Virus record (IMG/VR): IMGVR_UViG_3300027255_000165
Length of the DNA: 64,000 nucleotides
Direction: 5' to 3' (one strand)
Source: a virus
Taxonomy: Duplodnaviria; Caudoviricetes
A model generated the notes under the pieces. The model ran no database searches and was not told the origin of the DNA. It saw only the letters and a program-made list of their open reading frames with translations. A program made the position numbers and the translations under genes. Within the stretch, counting starts at the first letter, position 1, and every line of letters begins with the position of its first letter. This document shows positions 9,871-20,259 of this stretch, piece after piece.

Positions 9871-12800
9871 TTAGCTGCTTATTTTTACGTATACGTAGAA
9901 CTGGTGTCTAAACCCAGGCCTTTTGTTATATATTAGTCTCACATTCAGAGGATGGTTAGGATCATACTCAACCCTAAAACTCTTTTCTTCTGGAATGTTA
10001 GTGTCTAAAATCTGTTGTAAAGAATCTGCACTTAATAGTTCAGATTGATTAATTGTCTTAGAAGGATTATTCCACAGTCTGACCTGTTCAATACCCATCA
10101 ACTTCAATAGGTTAACCTCGATGTATTCTTTAATATCATCGTTTAAGGTACTTTTATCACCGTAAGATTGTGCAACATCAACGTATTTTAGAAGACTTCT
10201 ACCTGCACCGTCAAGTGTTAGAATTTCTGTAACACGGTTTTTTAAGTACAGGTCAATCCATACGTTTGATGAATCTTCCCACATTACAACGTCACCGTTA
10301 TAATTGTTTAGTCTTTTGATATTCTGTAACTCTTCAAAGGCATTACCTCTTCTAATAGCATTAAAAGAAGTTAGGTCATAAGAGTCTTTAGGTAGGTTCA
10401 GGGTTGATGCTAGGAATGAACTCTCTTCGTATGCAGATAGAGTACCAAATACAAACTGTCTTGAAGACTGAGTGTCGTTGTTAACATAAAATCCATCTTC
10501 CCATGAAGATCTGAATACGTTAAAGTCTCTTTTATCAATTGCAACCTCGTTAATTAGAGGATACGCTGGAGCACCATCACCCGATTGAGATAGTTTCAAA
10601 ATACCATCGGCCTTGTCAGGATTTATTTTGTGGAAATAATAGTCCTTGATCAAACCATAATAGTCACTTCCTAGGTTAGCGTAAGAACCAAATGCAATAC
10701 CTAAACGGTTAAATCTGTCGTAAACTAATTTTTGTCTTTCGTCAGATGTTGTTGTAAGGGTTTGATTTAGTTTGTGATTCTTATAAATGTCAGTGAACCA
10801 CGCCACCTTTCTCATCAGGGGACTGTAATCTCCTCCCATTCTTAGAAGGTTAACGTTAACTGGTGTAGATAGTTCGGTGTTAATGTATCCAACCAATCCG
10901 CTCGAAACCTTGTAACTCTTAGGTTTGTTTGGGTCTGCTTCAACTCTTAACTTAGACTTCTTAACGAAATCATTACCGTCTTCAATGTTAATGATAAAAC
11001 GATTAGGTAGAATTGAACCGTCTTCTTCAACTGTGATGTATTCAATTCTTTCAGTGTCGTTCACATTTACCAGACCAGAAATGTAATTGATACCCGCCGC
11101 TTCAAAGGTAGATGTCGCTAGGTTATAACCACCCTGTAGGTATTGATAAGTAATAGAAGACGAAGTAACAATTGAAGATAGTGAAAGTTCAATTGAACTC
11201 GTTATATCAAAAATGGTACCCGTAGAACTTGTTTCAACAACAATTCTATTATCTCCTAGTACGTCAACCACTTGTAGATTAAACGTATAACCGGCGTAAA
11301 CAAATTGAATTTCGCCATAACCTCCACTAGGCCCAACTTGAATTTCACGATTGAAGAAGGTACCCTCTCCATAAACAGTTGTGTTTGTACCTGTAGTTTG
11401 TGCTGTTTCCCAATCTAAATACCCAGAAACGTTTGAAGATACGTAGGTGGTAGGCGATGCATTAATAAAGTGATTAACCTCATATAACATCTTATGATTA
11501 ACATAGGTTAATAGTTCGTCCGAAGAATTAATCTCAACATAGAACGTAACATTTTTCCACTTCTTGTTTTGAATAACCTTATATGAAACGGAATCTTCTG
11601 ATTGTTGACCGTTATAATTTAAGACTGCAGAAAACTTATATCCGTTAAAGTCAGAATTCGTTAATAGATTTCTCGGGTTAGTCTCAGTAAATTCTTTACG
11701 TGAGTAAAACTTAATCTTTAGACCACGGAACATAGTTTCCGCTGGTGAAATAGAAGTACCCTTAATGACACTAGACCACTTTTTTGATAGAACTGTTGGA
11801 ACCCAATCACTATTAATCTGAATACCTTCATACGTAAACAGTCTGTCAAACCAATTATCGTTAACATCTTGTAGATTAGACGCAGTTAGATTGATTGTTT
11901 CGTCAGGTTGTAAGTAACTGTAAAAACTTCTAATCACATTTCCCATTCCCGCTTGGGTTTGTGGAACACTAGTGTATTGTGGGTATTTGTAAAGATAGAA
12001 CCATTCGTGAGTCATTGACTGTGGAACTCTTCCAGTGACTGTGATGTCAGGCGAAAAGTTGGTTTTTCCAAATGATTCAGACGTTGATAGGAAATAAGGT
12101 TTGTCCTTAGAGTTAACCGAATCTTTATAGACCCACTTATTAATGGTAGGTACAACTCTCGATAGTGTTGAAGTTGAAGTCAGGTAGTTCTCTTTTAATC
12201 TATCGTATTCAGAGTTAATGTTAACTACACCACTTCCAAACGCCGTTACTGCATTATTAATACCCTCTAATTGTTTAAAATAAGTTGGATACGTTGTCGC
12301 AGTATAGGTCAGTGAATCGTTAAAGTGAACGGGATTAACTTGTGTATCGTAATCTTCGTACTGTAATTCTTTTGGATCGTTATTATCGGTTGAATTAAAG
12401 TTAAAATCAAAGTCCACAAAATCAAACATTTCAAACTTACCCCAGTCAATATATGAATCTACGTATAGATTAAATGATGTATCAAATAAGAGTTCAGGTC
12501 GTGTCTTTGACGCTGATAAACAAACGCGATATAAATTAGAGTAGTAAGGATCTTTAACAATGTCAATGATCTTATAGAAATCACCAGTCTTAACCCTGAT
12601 GTAAGTGTTAGTGTCAATATCTCCAACCTCAGTCTCGCTAATCAAGAACCCAATACCTGAGTTTGAACCACCGATCGGATAGTAAACGTTCCAATCTGTG
12701 TAAACAGAATTGTCAAGTCCTAGTTTCTTGGTTACGTTATCAAACTCACCAACCTCAATCTCAAATGGATCTAAGGCATTAGTTGAGTGTGAACCAAAGA

Positions 12801-14286
12801 ACGATCTGTATAGTCTGTTACCAATTGAGTTGTGTTCAATAATCAGAGATGAACCGTTTCTCGTAACTCTAAGTGGATTATCTTGAATGTTATTGATCGC
12901 TTGTAGAATAGAATGTGCAATCTGTTGAAGAGTACCCTGATTCGAGAACCTTTGACCCTGAACTCCACCTGCGGGTATTGAACCGTCTGCAGTAATTGTA
13001 AAGTAGTTCTCGTCTCCGATGGTGTTCCACTCTCCTTTGTTTGCGATGACCCATCTTTCACCATTCAGTGGAATGTCAATCACGTTCAACTTAATAAAGT
13101 CCTTTAAGGCGGGCACTGCACCTTCAACTTGCAGGGTCTCTGGTTTCTGTATCTTACCGGTCACCTGGGTGTCATCTGACATTCCCGCTACCTTCAGTTC
13201 TAGTGATCCAGTACTGGTGTTCAAAACATTATAGAACACTCCTCTGTTCTTGACCCACTGTAAGACAGGAAACCCTAAATCGTCATTAGGTAACATTGAA
13301 ATTGGAGTCAATGAAGTACCGGTTAGATCATATTCGGTTTCAACAGTTGACGCTAGAACTTTTAAGATACCTTTACGAATTGAACCCGCTTGGAACTTAC
13401 CTTCAGTATGTGCCTTAACGTAAAATCCAACATAACGATGTACGTCATAAGGTCTTGCACTTGCATCATCAAAGATGAACTCTAGGTTTAGAAGGTTTGC
13501 GCAAACCATTGTGTTGCGTTTGAAACCCTCGGTGATGTATTGATTATTTAATATTTCTTGACGATCGGTGACCGCAAAATCTTCAAAGATGTATTCTCCC
13601 TTAGATGTGAAACCGCCTTTAACTAGGTCAATACCATTCCAAGATGTTTTCTCATCTTTCTCAAACGATACCGTTAATGGAGAAGATGGAAACTTAGGGT
13701 CATTGATGTAGGTGTTAATGTAATCACCTAATTTTGAACCTTGTCTTAGGTCAAATGTTTTGATCAACTCAGCGTTGTTCAACATCTGCATCACTCGACT
13801 GTTGATACCGTCGTACGTGTCAGTTAATCCAACCTGGGATACTGGTTCGTTAATTCTATAAATGACAAAGTATTCGGGTAGATCAGTGTCTAACCAAATC
13901 GGAGCAAAGAATCTGATGTTATCTTCATATAACTTTGAGTCATTTAGCCTACTACCATACTGGTATTGTTCCTCGTACTGTTTGTTATAATCCCTGAAAA
14001 CGGACATATTTGAGTCCCTGTTCCAAACTTCATATACTTTATCAAGTGGAGTATTCTTGTAAAACTGCGCAAGGTCATACGCATAGTTACCTTTTGAATC
14101 CAACGGAAACTTTTTGTACCTCTGATTAGAGAGTACTCTGTTTGCGTCGATACTGTCAAGGTATAGTTCCCCGTCAGAATCTACAACCAACTTCACATTA
14201 GAAGTCAGGTGTGGATTCGTTCTTAAAACGACCTGTGATTTGTTTTCGACTGAATTCGAATTTACGTCAAAGTTAATGCTAGCCAT
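9871..14286 (-). CDS. large virion structural protein (baseplate/tail, putative)
   Basis: 1471 aa ORF preceded by GATATATA motif in the structural block. Confidence 0.5.
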   Translation of the reverse strand: MASINFDVNSNSVENKSQVVLRTNPHLTSNVKLVVDSDGELYLDSIDANRVLSNQRYKKFPLDSKGNYAYDLAQFYKNTPLDKVYEVWNRDSNMSVFRDYNKQYEEQYQYGSRLNDSKLYEDNIRFFAPIWLDTDLPEYFVIYRINEPVSQVGLTDTYDGINSRVMQMLNNAELIKTFDLRQGSKLGDYINTYINDPKFPSSPLTVSFEKDEKTSWNGIDLVKGGFTSKGEYIFEDFAVTDRQEILNNQYITEGFKRNTMVCANLLNLEFIFDDASARPYDVHRYVGFYVKAHTEGKFQAGSIRKGILKVLASTVETEYDLTGTSLTPISMLPNDDLGFPVLQWVKNRGVFYNVLNTSTGSLELKVAGMSDDTQVTGKIQKPETLQVEGAVPALKDFIKLNVIDIPLNGERWVIANKGEWNTIGDENYFTITADGSIPAGGVQGQRFSNQGTLQQIAHSILQAINNIQDNPLRVTRNGSSLIIEHNSIGNRLYRSFFGSHSTNALDPFEIEVGEFDNVTKKLGLDNSVYTDWNVYYPIGGSNSGIGFLISETEVGDIDTNTYIRVKTGDFYKIIDIVKDPYYSNLYRVCLSASKTRPELLFDTSFNLYVDSYIDWGKFEMFDFVDFDFNFNSTDNNDPKELQYEDYDTQVNPVHFNDSLTYTATTYPTYFKQLEGINNAVTAFGSGVVNINSEYDRLKENYLTSTSTLSRVVPTINKWVYKDSVNSKDKPYFLSTSESFGKTNFSPDITVTGRVPQSMTHEWFYLYKYPQYTSVPQTQAGMGNVIRSFYSYLQPDETINLTASNLQDVNDNWFDRLFTYEGIQINSDWVPTVLSKKWSSVIKGTSISPAETMFRGLKIKFYSRKEFTETNPRNLLTNSDFNGYKFSAVLNYNGQQSEDSVSYKVIQNKKWKNVTFYVEINSSDELLTYVNHKMLYEVNHFINASPTTYVSSNVSGYLDWETAQTTGTNTTVYGEGTFFNREIQVGPSGGYGEIQFVYAGYTFNLQVVDVLGDNRIVVETSSTGTIFDITSSIELSLSSIVTSSSITYQYLQGGYNLATSTFEAAGINYISGLVNVNDTERIEYITVEEDGSILPNRFIINIEDGNDFVKKSKLRVEADPNKPKSYKVSSGLVGYINTELSTPVNVNLLRMGGDYSPLMRKVAWFTDIYKNHKLNQTLTTTSDERQKLVYDRFNRLGIAFGSYANLGSDYYGLIKDYYFHKINPDKADGILKLSQSGDGAPAYPLINEVAIDKRDFNVFRSSWEDGFYVNNDTQSSRQFVFGTLSAYEESSFLASTLNLPKDSYDLTSFNAIRRGNAFEELQNIKRLNNYNGDVVMWEDSSNVWIDLYLKNRVTEILTLDGAGRSLLKYVDVAQSYGDKSTLNDDIKEYIEVNLLKLMGIEQVRLWNNPSKTINQSELLSADSLQQILDTNIPEEKSFRVEYDPNHPLNVRLIYNKRPGFRHQFYVYVKISS

Positions 14287-14318
14287 TAAACTGTTAATAT
14301 GTTATTAAGCGCTTGAGG

Positions 14319-14326
14319 TATATATC
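14319..14326 (-). promoter_or_regulatory. putative late promoter GATATATA
   Basis: Intergenic, upstream of the 1471-aa structural gene. Confidence 0.6.
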
Positions 14327-14346
14327 AACCACCTAATAACACCAGC

Positions 14347-17300
14347 TTAGGCCTTATACTTGGCGAATACCTCTAAGTCGATGTGGAACTCGTTAGATTG
14401 AGAATCAAAAATGTCAATACCAATTCTCTTAGAGTAACTAATGTTACTCAATGACGTAGAAGAAATACCACCAACATGTCCACTTGCTGAATCCGAAGTA
14501 CCGGCATAGTCAGTCATTCTGTACTGGAAGATAATGTCAACCGATACTGAAGAATTACCTGAAATTTCTCTAACACCTTGGTTATTATCTGCATCAACAG
14601 ATAGTGATGAAATCGATAGAGGAGACATGAATAAGTATGCACCGCATGATTTTCCACCCAATAGGTATTGATCATTAGGTTCAAACGACATTTTTACTGT
14701 TCTAGACAAAATAGAATCGTAATAAAACGCAGTCTGTTGATTGCCATTTAATTCATTGGCTCTCTTAGTTGAGGTCTTAGACTGGACAAATCTACCGTTT
14801 CCGTATACTGCGTTCGTACCTGTCCATGAAGAACCTGCCAATTCAGGGTGATTGATGTGGAGGAATAAACCGCTGTCATAGTTAGATGACAGGCCAGCTC
14901 CTACAATGTCAATGCTTGATGGAACTCCAGCAAGATCGTATGTACCGTCAAATACATAACCGGATCCTGAAAGACCGTTATCGGTCTTAAGTTGATTTAC
15001 GTTAGTTAGCTCGTACTCATAATCTATTTGCGAAGAATTATAAGTTGATGTCCATGTTGGATCGATGTCATCGGTTGCATATAGGATTGCGTCAGCCGAA
15101 ACATTCTTGTATCTAGAATAAACGTATTGCCCTCTTAGTTGTGCAGATTGATATGGTGAATCATTAAAGTATGATAAGTTAGTGTCAACGCCACTCATGT
15201 TTTGGTACTGAGTAGGTACCAAATCGTATTTGCCATTGTTAGTGTAAAAACTATCACTAGCAATTTCAGTAGCTGGCGTAGTACCAGGACTAACACCGAA
15301 ACCATTATACGTTAAAGGATCTGTACCCGAGTTAAATGTTGGAAGGGCTCTGTTACCTATTAATCTTGAAATAAGTTCAAGTTTTGTAGCTTTACTATTT
15401 TCAAGAATTAACTTGAACGTCTTAGTAACAATGTGACCTTTTTTAATTTGAAGATCTTTAATTTCATCGGTGTAATATCCTGCAAATACCTGAGTAACTG
15501 CATTGTTTTGAATAACCTGTGAAGCTCCATCCTCGAATTCAAGTCTAATAGATAGTTCGCCTTTAACTCCTTCAATTTGTGCTTTTAAAGAATCAATTTC
15601 CTGTTGCATTGCAATCAACTTATCCATTAATGAAATTGGAGATTGTTCTGGGCTTAGGAAGCCTGACGCAATTGAAGAAGCTTCATGTGAATAGTATTTT
15701 TCATTGACCTGGAAAGAGTCTGCGATGTGAGTGTAGAATCCTTTAGATTCCAACTCATCCATCATTCTAACTAATGCAATCTCTTGAGTACTAGTATCGA
15801 CAATAGTAGTTACAGCTTGAGATGCTTGTGTTCCAGTTGGAAATTCAATTCTAGTTACGTCTGACCAATCAGACTCTACAGGATTTGCAGGCCATCCAGC
15901 CTCAGAAACAGACTTAATTCTAACTTCAACAACTTCACCCTCTTGAATAGCAATATCAAGCTGATTGATGTTAATTGCTTGACCGTCTTCAACGTTCTCA
16001 AGATCCCAATAGTATTTACCAGTTGTTTCGTCCTTGACTCTTTTTCTAACAGGCGTTAGAATTTCGTTCCAGTTTGAAAACACAGCGGTCTTATTCTTAT
16101 CCCTGTCTGAGAATTCAATCTGAGAAACCGCAGATGGGTTTCCATCAGTTGAAAGGTATCTGTACTGTACTTTAAATTGTACAATCTCTTGTGGCATTGT
16201 TTCAGCCGCAAGTTTAGCAGTAGGAATAGACCAGAAACCTCTAACTCTGTATTTAGGAGTAATGGACTTAACTGAAGAAGAATTAGAAGTAGCAACAATT
16301 TCATTAACCAAAGAAGTATACAATTTAGATTCTGCAGATCTTTGGTTTAGGGCTGTAGCTAGTTCATTCTTTTCTCTATCTTTAGCAACGAGAGTTGGAT
16401 ACTTAGAAGTGGAAAGTTTTGATCTTCTTGAAGAAATATCATCATCAAGTCTTTTAATGTTTTCTTCAGCAGCAACCTTGTTGGAATTCAATTTTTTAAT
16501 CTTATTGAATGCATCGTTCTCAGTTAGATGTGTATTAATCTGAACGACTTTGAAGTTATTAGCTTCTAGAGTTGGTGCATCAGGTGTAACACCGAGTGTT
16601 GCTGGAGGAATAGAATCGTCCTTAAGAGCTTTGATCATTTGACCAAAGTCAGCAACTTCTTTCTTATAATATTGTGAAAGAGTTTGAACCTGACCATTTG
16701 GTAAAGTGATTAGCAAATCGTTAGTATAGAACGCAGCACCTGGTGACCATGTCTCAGCTTCTAAATTTGAATCTGGATCAACAGGCTTAATGAATACTAT
16801 AACTCTTTCATCAAAACCAACGTTAATGTCAATAGCATTATACGCTTCTTTGTTCTTGTAAATCTTTAACTGAGCAGCTCCAACCAAAATAGGCTCGTAA
16901 CCTTCAATTAATAGAAGTTCTGCTTCAAGAGTATCAGAGCTTAGAGCAACTACTCTATACTTTGTCGAGGCGCTGCCTGAGTTAACTAATAACTCATCTC
17001 CAACCTTAAGAAGTTCAGTATCGTTTAGATTCTTATTAGAATCAGAATATGTAAACTTGTTAAGAGAGTAAAGCTTAACGCTCTTAGTAATAGATACACC
17101 GTCAACTACTACGTTTCTTTGAATAGTACGAACTTTAGATACGTCAAATGCACCAAAGTATTGTGTTGATCTAACTGGAGCATCAATAACCTCTTCGTCA
17201 ACGTTGTAAGCAACGTTATTTGTTTCAAGTAGAGAAACAAGGCTGTTAATTTCTAGGGCGTCTGAACCTTTAACGGTCTGATCAAACCACTCCGCTGAAG

Positions 17301-17781
17301 CAGGGGCTTGAGAGTCGATCAAATATCTTTTAATTTTGATCTTTTCGGTATCCGCTGGAACCTGACCCGCTACGTCTAACTTAATAGTAAGAAGTGGATT
17401 TAAGAAAGATTCAAAGAAATAGTTTGACTTGGTAGAAAATTCAGTAGGAACCGCAACGGTTGAAACTGCTTTTGCAGGTGTCTTAAGCTTAGACTTTTGA
17501 ATCTGTCTAAACGTACCGTCTTTCATTCTAACGGCAGCATCTCCTTGACCCAACCCTGAAAGTGATTTCATGTTAGTATCAAGTCTTTCAATTTCACGCT
17601 TTAGATAACCAAATGCAGGAACTTGAACCGTCTTAAGAGCTCCATTCTCATCGAATAAATCGATAGTAACCGTCTGCTTATCGGTTGTGATCGCTTCGGA
17701 AATCTTCTCATAAGTTTCCAAAGAGTTCTGGTTCATTTCCAGAAACTGTCTAATGATTTGCGAAATGCTGTTATTTGCCAT
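14347..17781 (-). CDS. large virion structural protein with coiled-coil segments
   Basis: 1144 aa ORF in the structural block. Confidence 0.5.
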   Translation of the reverse strand: MANNSISQIIRQFLEMNQNSLETYEKISEAITTDKQTVTIDLFDENGALKTVQVPAFGYLKREIERLDTNMKSLSGLGQGDAAVRMKDGTFRQIQKSKLKTPAKAVSTVAVPTEFSTKSNYFFESFLNPLLTIKLDVAGQVPADTEKIKIKRYLIDSQAPASAEWFDQTVKGSDALEINSLVSLLETNNVAYNVDEEVIDAPVRSTQYFGAFDVSKVRTIQRNVVVDGVSITKSVKLYSLNKFTYSDSNKNLNDTELLKVGDELLVNSGSASTKYRVVALSSDTLEAELLLIEGYEPILVGAAQLKIYKNKEAYNAIDINVGFDERVIVFIKPVDPDSNLEAETWSPGAAFYTNDLLITLPNGQVQTLSQYYKKEVADFGQMIKALKDDSIPPATLGVTPDAPTLEANNFKVVQINTHLTENDAFNKIKKLNSNKVAAEENIKRLDDDISSRRSKLSTSKYPTLVAKDREKNELATALNQRSAESKLYTSLVNEIVATSNSSSVKSITPKYRVRGFWSIPTAKLAAETMPQEIVQFKVQYRYLSTDGNPSAVSQIEFSDRDKNKTAVFSNWNEILTPVRKRVKDETTGKYYWDLENVEDGQAININQLDIAIQEGEVVEVRIKSVSEAGWPANPVESDWSDVTRIEFPTGTQASQAVTTIVDTSTQEIALVRMMDELESKGFYTHIADSFQVNEKYYSHEASSIASGFLSPEQSPISLMDKLIAMQQEIDSLKAQIEGVKGELSIRLEFEDGASQVIQNNAVTQVFAGYYTDEIKDLQIKKGHIVTKTFKLILENSKATKLELISRLIGNRALPTFNSGTDPLTYNGFGVSPGTTPATEIASDSFYTNNGKYDLVPTQYQNMSGVDTNLSYFNDSPYQSAQLRGQYVYSRYKNVSADAILYATDDIDPTWTSTYNSSQIDYEYELTNVNQLKTDNGLSGSGYVFDGTYDLAGVPSSIDIVGAGLSSNYDSGLFLHINHPELAGSSWTGTNAVYGNGRFVQSKTSTKRANELNGNQQTAFYYDSILSRTVKMSFEPNDQYLLGGKSCGAYLFMSPLSISSLSVDADNNQGVREISGNSSVSVDIIFQYRMTDYAGTSDSASGHVGGISSTSLSNISYSKRIGIDIFDSQSNEFHIDLEVFAKYKA

Positions 17782-17782
17782 C

Positions 17783-19669
17783 TTATCTTAGGACGTCTGT
17801 TACAAACGTTAGGTTTACTTTATCAGTGCACACCAGTTCAATGTAAGGTTTCTTGCTGATTAAACTGCCATAGGCAACTTGAGCAACTTGTTCCCAATTA
17901 CCTGAGATCTTGGTGTAGAAGTTTATGTTATTACCATCCATTTCAATGTTAGAATTGAAAGCAAGCTTTACAACTTGTCCATCGTTCCAACCTGAAAGAG
18001 TTGTATCAATGTATATATTGACATCATTATCGGCAGCTCCAGAGGAAGTTGTCACTCTTAGCATATTTGAGAATGGTTTTAGTCTGCAATATAAACCGTA
18101 TGTCGTCGCATCAGATGGATCGTATGTAGATATTTTAGTTCCCATTACGCTAGCTAAATTGCTCCATTGAAAAGCCTGAAGAAGTTGGTAACCATTGTTA
18201 GAGTTAATAACTTTAATCTTATTAGGGGTCGACTTATCGATGGCCATTCCGTTACCGGCTGCAATTACGTCAGTGTTATACTGAACCTCGGTCGGAATAG
18301 TACCGTCTACAATGTGATTAATTCTTCTATTGATTTCAGTAATCATGTTCAATAGAGATGCTTCATCTGCATAATTCAAAGATGCATTTTCAACCTGTTG
18401 TTGAAGTGAAGCAATTTGAGCTGACATTTCTTGAGCATCTTCAGAAGAAAGAACCATGTTTTCCATGGTATCCAATCTTCTAACAATACCCGCATATCTG
18501 TCATTAGCCTGAAGAAGTAACTTAGTTGCATTCTCTAGGACAGATGTGGTGTCAAAGAATAGGTCCATTGAGAACGTTGTAAAGTCGTTGATTGAGTTCT
18601 CAACGCCAACGTTATCAAGTGATGTGTTGTATTTGATGTTAAGCTTTAGAGAATAAGCATTACCATTCAAACCGGTAACGGAATTTGGCTTATACTTATT
18701 TAGTTCTCTGATCTTACCATCTTTAAAGTTATCGAGCAAAAGAATACCATAGAGATTTGTTGCTCTATTGGCAGGATTTGATTGCGAATACAGATCGTAA
18801 TAAACTAGAACGGCGTTGAATTGGAAGTTACCACCTCTTTGAGAGAAATCATGAAGTGTATTAATTGAAGAGTTAACATTTACTGCATAGTAATTTTGCT
18901 CTTCCCAATCAATTCCAACAGCCGGCAATGTGTTAGTATTAACGTCGTATTCTGTTGATGCATCGTGCAAAGCGTTGATGCTAAACGCTGTCTCAGGGTG
19001 AGACGTTCTACCATTAATCAGACCGTTGCTGTGAGGATACACTGTAAGACTTGTGGTGTTATATGTTCCATCTTTCAATAGAACTGTTGGTGTGTAACCA
19101 ACAGATGTAGGAACGTTAATAAACACCTCTTGGTAAGTGTTAGCCGCGTAATTCTTATCGTTAATTACGTCTACAGTACCAAGATATTTAATGATTCTAG
19201 TGTAATCTGTACCTGTTCCGGAAGCAGTGTCTTCTTCAATGTATCTTGCGATAGTTGAGATTGCTTCTGACGCAGTAGCAGTTCTAATTCTAATTGCACC
19301 AACGGCAGAAAGAAACTTAAAGAAAATCTTTTCTGCGTCTGATTGATAGATTGTTGGATCAAAATCATCATCGTTTCTGATGATTTCTTCTAGGTTCAAC
19401 GCGTAGTTTTGAAAAGCTTCAGACCAGCTTTGATTGTCATTTGCCGATGGTGTCCATGATCCAGCACCTTCATACAGATTAGTGTAATCGATGGTGTTTA
19501 GGCCATTAACTGGAGCTGTTACATCTGGAAGATCTAACAATGCATAGTGTGAGAATTCAAATTTTAAATCAGGATCACCCTGTGCTCTGGTTAAATCCCT
19601 AGCCGCAGAAGCAAATGCAAACATTGTTCCGCCTTGTTCTTGAACCGTTCTTACTAATGGTGTTGCCAT
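17783..19669 (-). CDS. virion structural protein
   Basis: 628 aa ORF, coiled coil near residues 400-450, tightly packed with neighbours. Confidence 0.5.
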   Translation of the reverse strand: MATPLVRTVQEQGGTMFAFASAARDLTRAQGDPDLKFEFSHYALLDLPDVTAPVNGLNTIDYTNLYEGAGSWTPSANDNQSWSEAFQNYALNLEEIIRNDDDFDPTIYQSDAEKIFFKFLSAVGAIRIRTATASEAISTIARYIEEDTASGTGTDYTRIIKYLGTVDVINDKNYAANTYQEVFINVPTSVGYTPTVLLKDGTYNTTSLTVYPHSNGLINGRTSHPETAFSINALHDASTEYDVNTNTLPAVGIDWEEQNYYAVNVNSSINTLHDFSQRGGNFQFNAVLVYYDLYSQSNPANRATNLYGILLLDNFKDGKIRELNKYKPNSVTGLNGNAYSLKLNIKYNTSLDNVGVENSINDFTTFSMDLFFDTTSVLENATKLLLQANDRYAGIVRRLDTMENMVLSSEDAQEMSAQIASLQQQVENASLNYADEASLLNMITEINRRINHIVDGTIPTEVQYNTDVIAAGNGMAIDKSTPNKIKVINSNNGYQLLQAFQWSNLASVMGTKISTYDPSDATTYGLYCRLKPFSNMLRVTTSSGAADNDVNIYIDTTLSGWNDGQVVKLAFNSNIEMDGNNINFYTKISGNWEQVAQVAYGSLISKKPYIELVCTDKVNLTFVTDVLR

Positions 19670-19689
19670 CTATCCTGATCTATTGATTA

Positions 19690-20244
19690 TTAAATTGTAA
19701 TTGTTGCGTTGAATGAAGATACAATGTACCACATTGTACCAACAAATCTTAGGGTTAGAGTACCGAACTCTGCAATTTCAACTGCAGCGGTTGGACCCGC
19801 GATGTTAGTGTTATCAATGTAAACTGTTCCACCGTCAGCCACTAACGTAATTTCTTGACCATTGTCTCCAATGTTTAGAGTTACGGGGTTTGCAGCTGTT
19901 GTAGAATCAATTACATAAATAGTACCAACAAATGAGTTAGCAGCAGGAAGCGCTGAAGCAGCTGTAACATCGTAAGAAACTGCGCCATTGAAAGAGATTG
20001 CTCCATCAACGTCAGTATCAGATGTTAGAGTGTTGCCTGTTGTGGCGAACTCAGCCGCATTGCCTGCATCAACTAATAGAGTTTCGACTCCAGCGTCAAT
20101 AACGCCAGTCAAGTTACCAGTTGAAGGGTCAAGCAACGTAGTTACCTGTGCCAATTCATCATTAATTGCAGTGAAATTGTCGTTCAAAGTTACTCTTGAC
20201 GCTGAAAGGCTGTCTGTACCTTGAATTGTTGTGATGATTGCCAT
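19690..20244 (-). CDS. virion structural protein (fibre/decoration-like)
   Basis: 184 aa T/A/G-rich beta protein. Confidence 0.45.
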   Translation of the reverse strand: MAIITTIQGTDSLSASRVTLNDNFTAINDELAQVTTLLDPSTGNLTGVIDAGVETLLVDAGNAAEFATTGNTLTSDTDVDGAISFNGAVSYDVTAASALPAANSFVGTIYVIDSTTAANPVTLNIGDNGQEITLVADGGTVYIDNTNIAGPTAAVEIAEFGTLTLRFVGTMWYIVSSFNATITI

Positions 20245-20259
20245 TTTGCTCGTTTATAT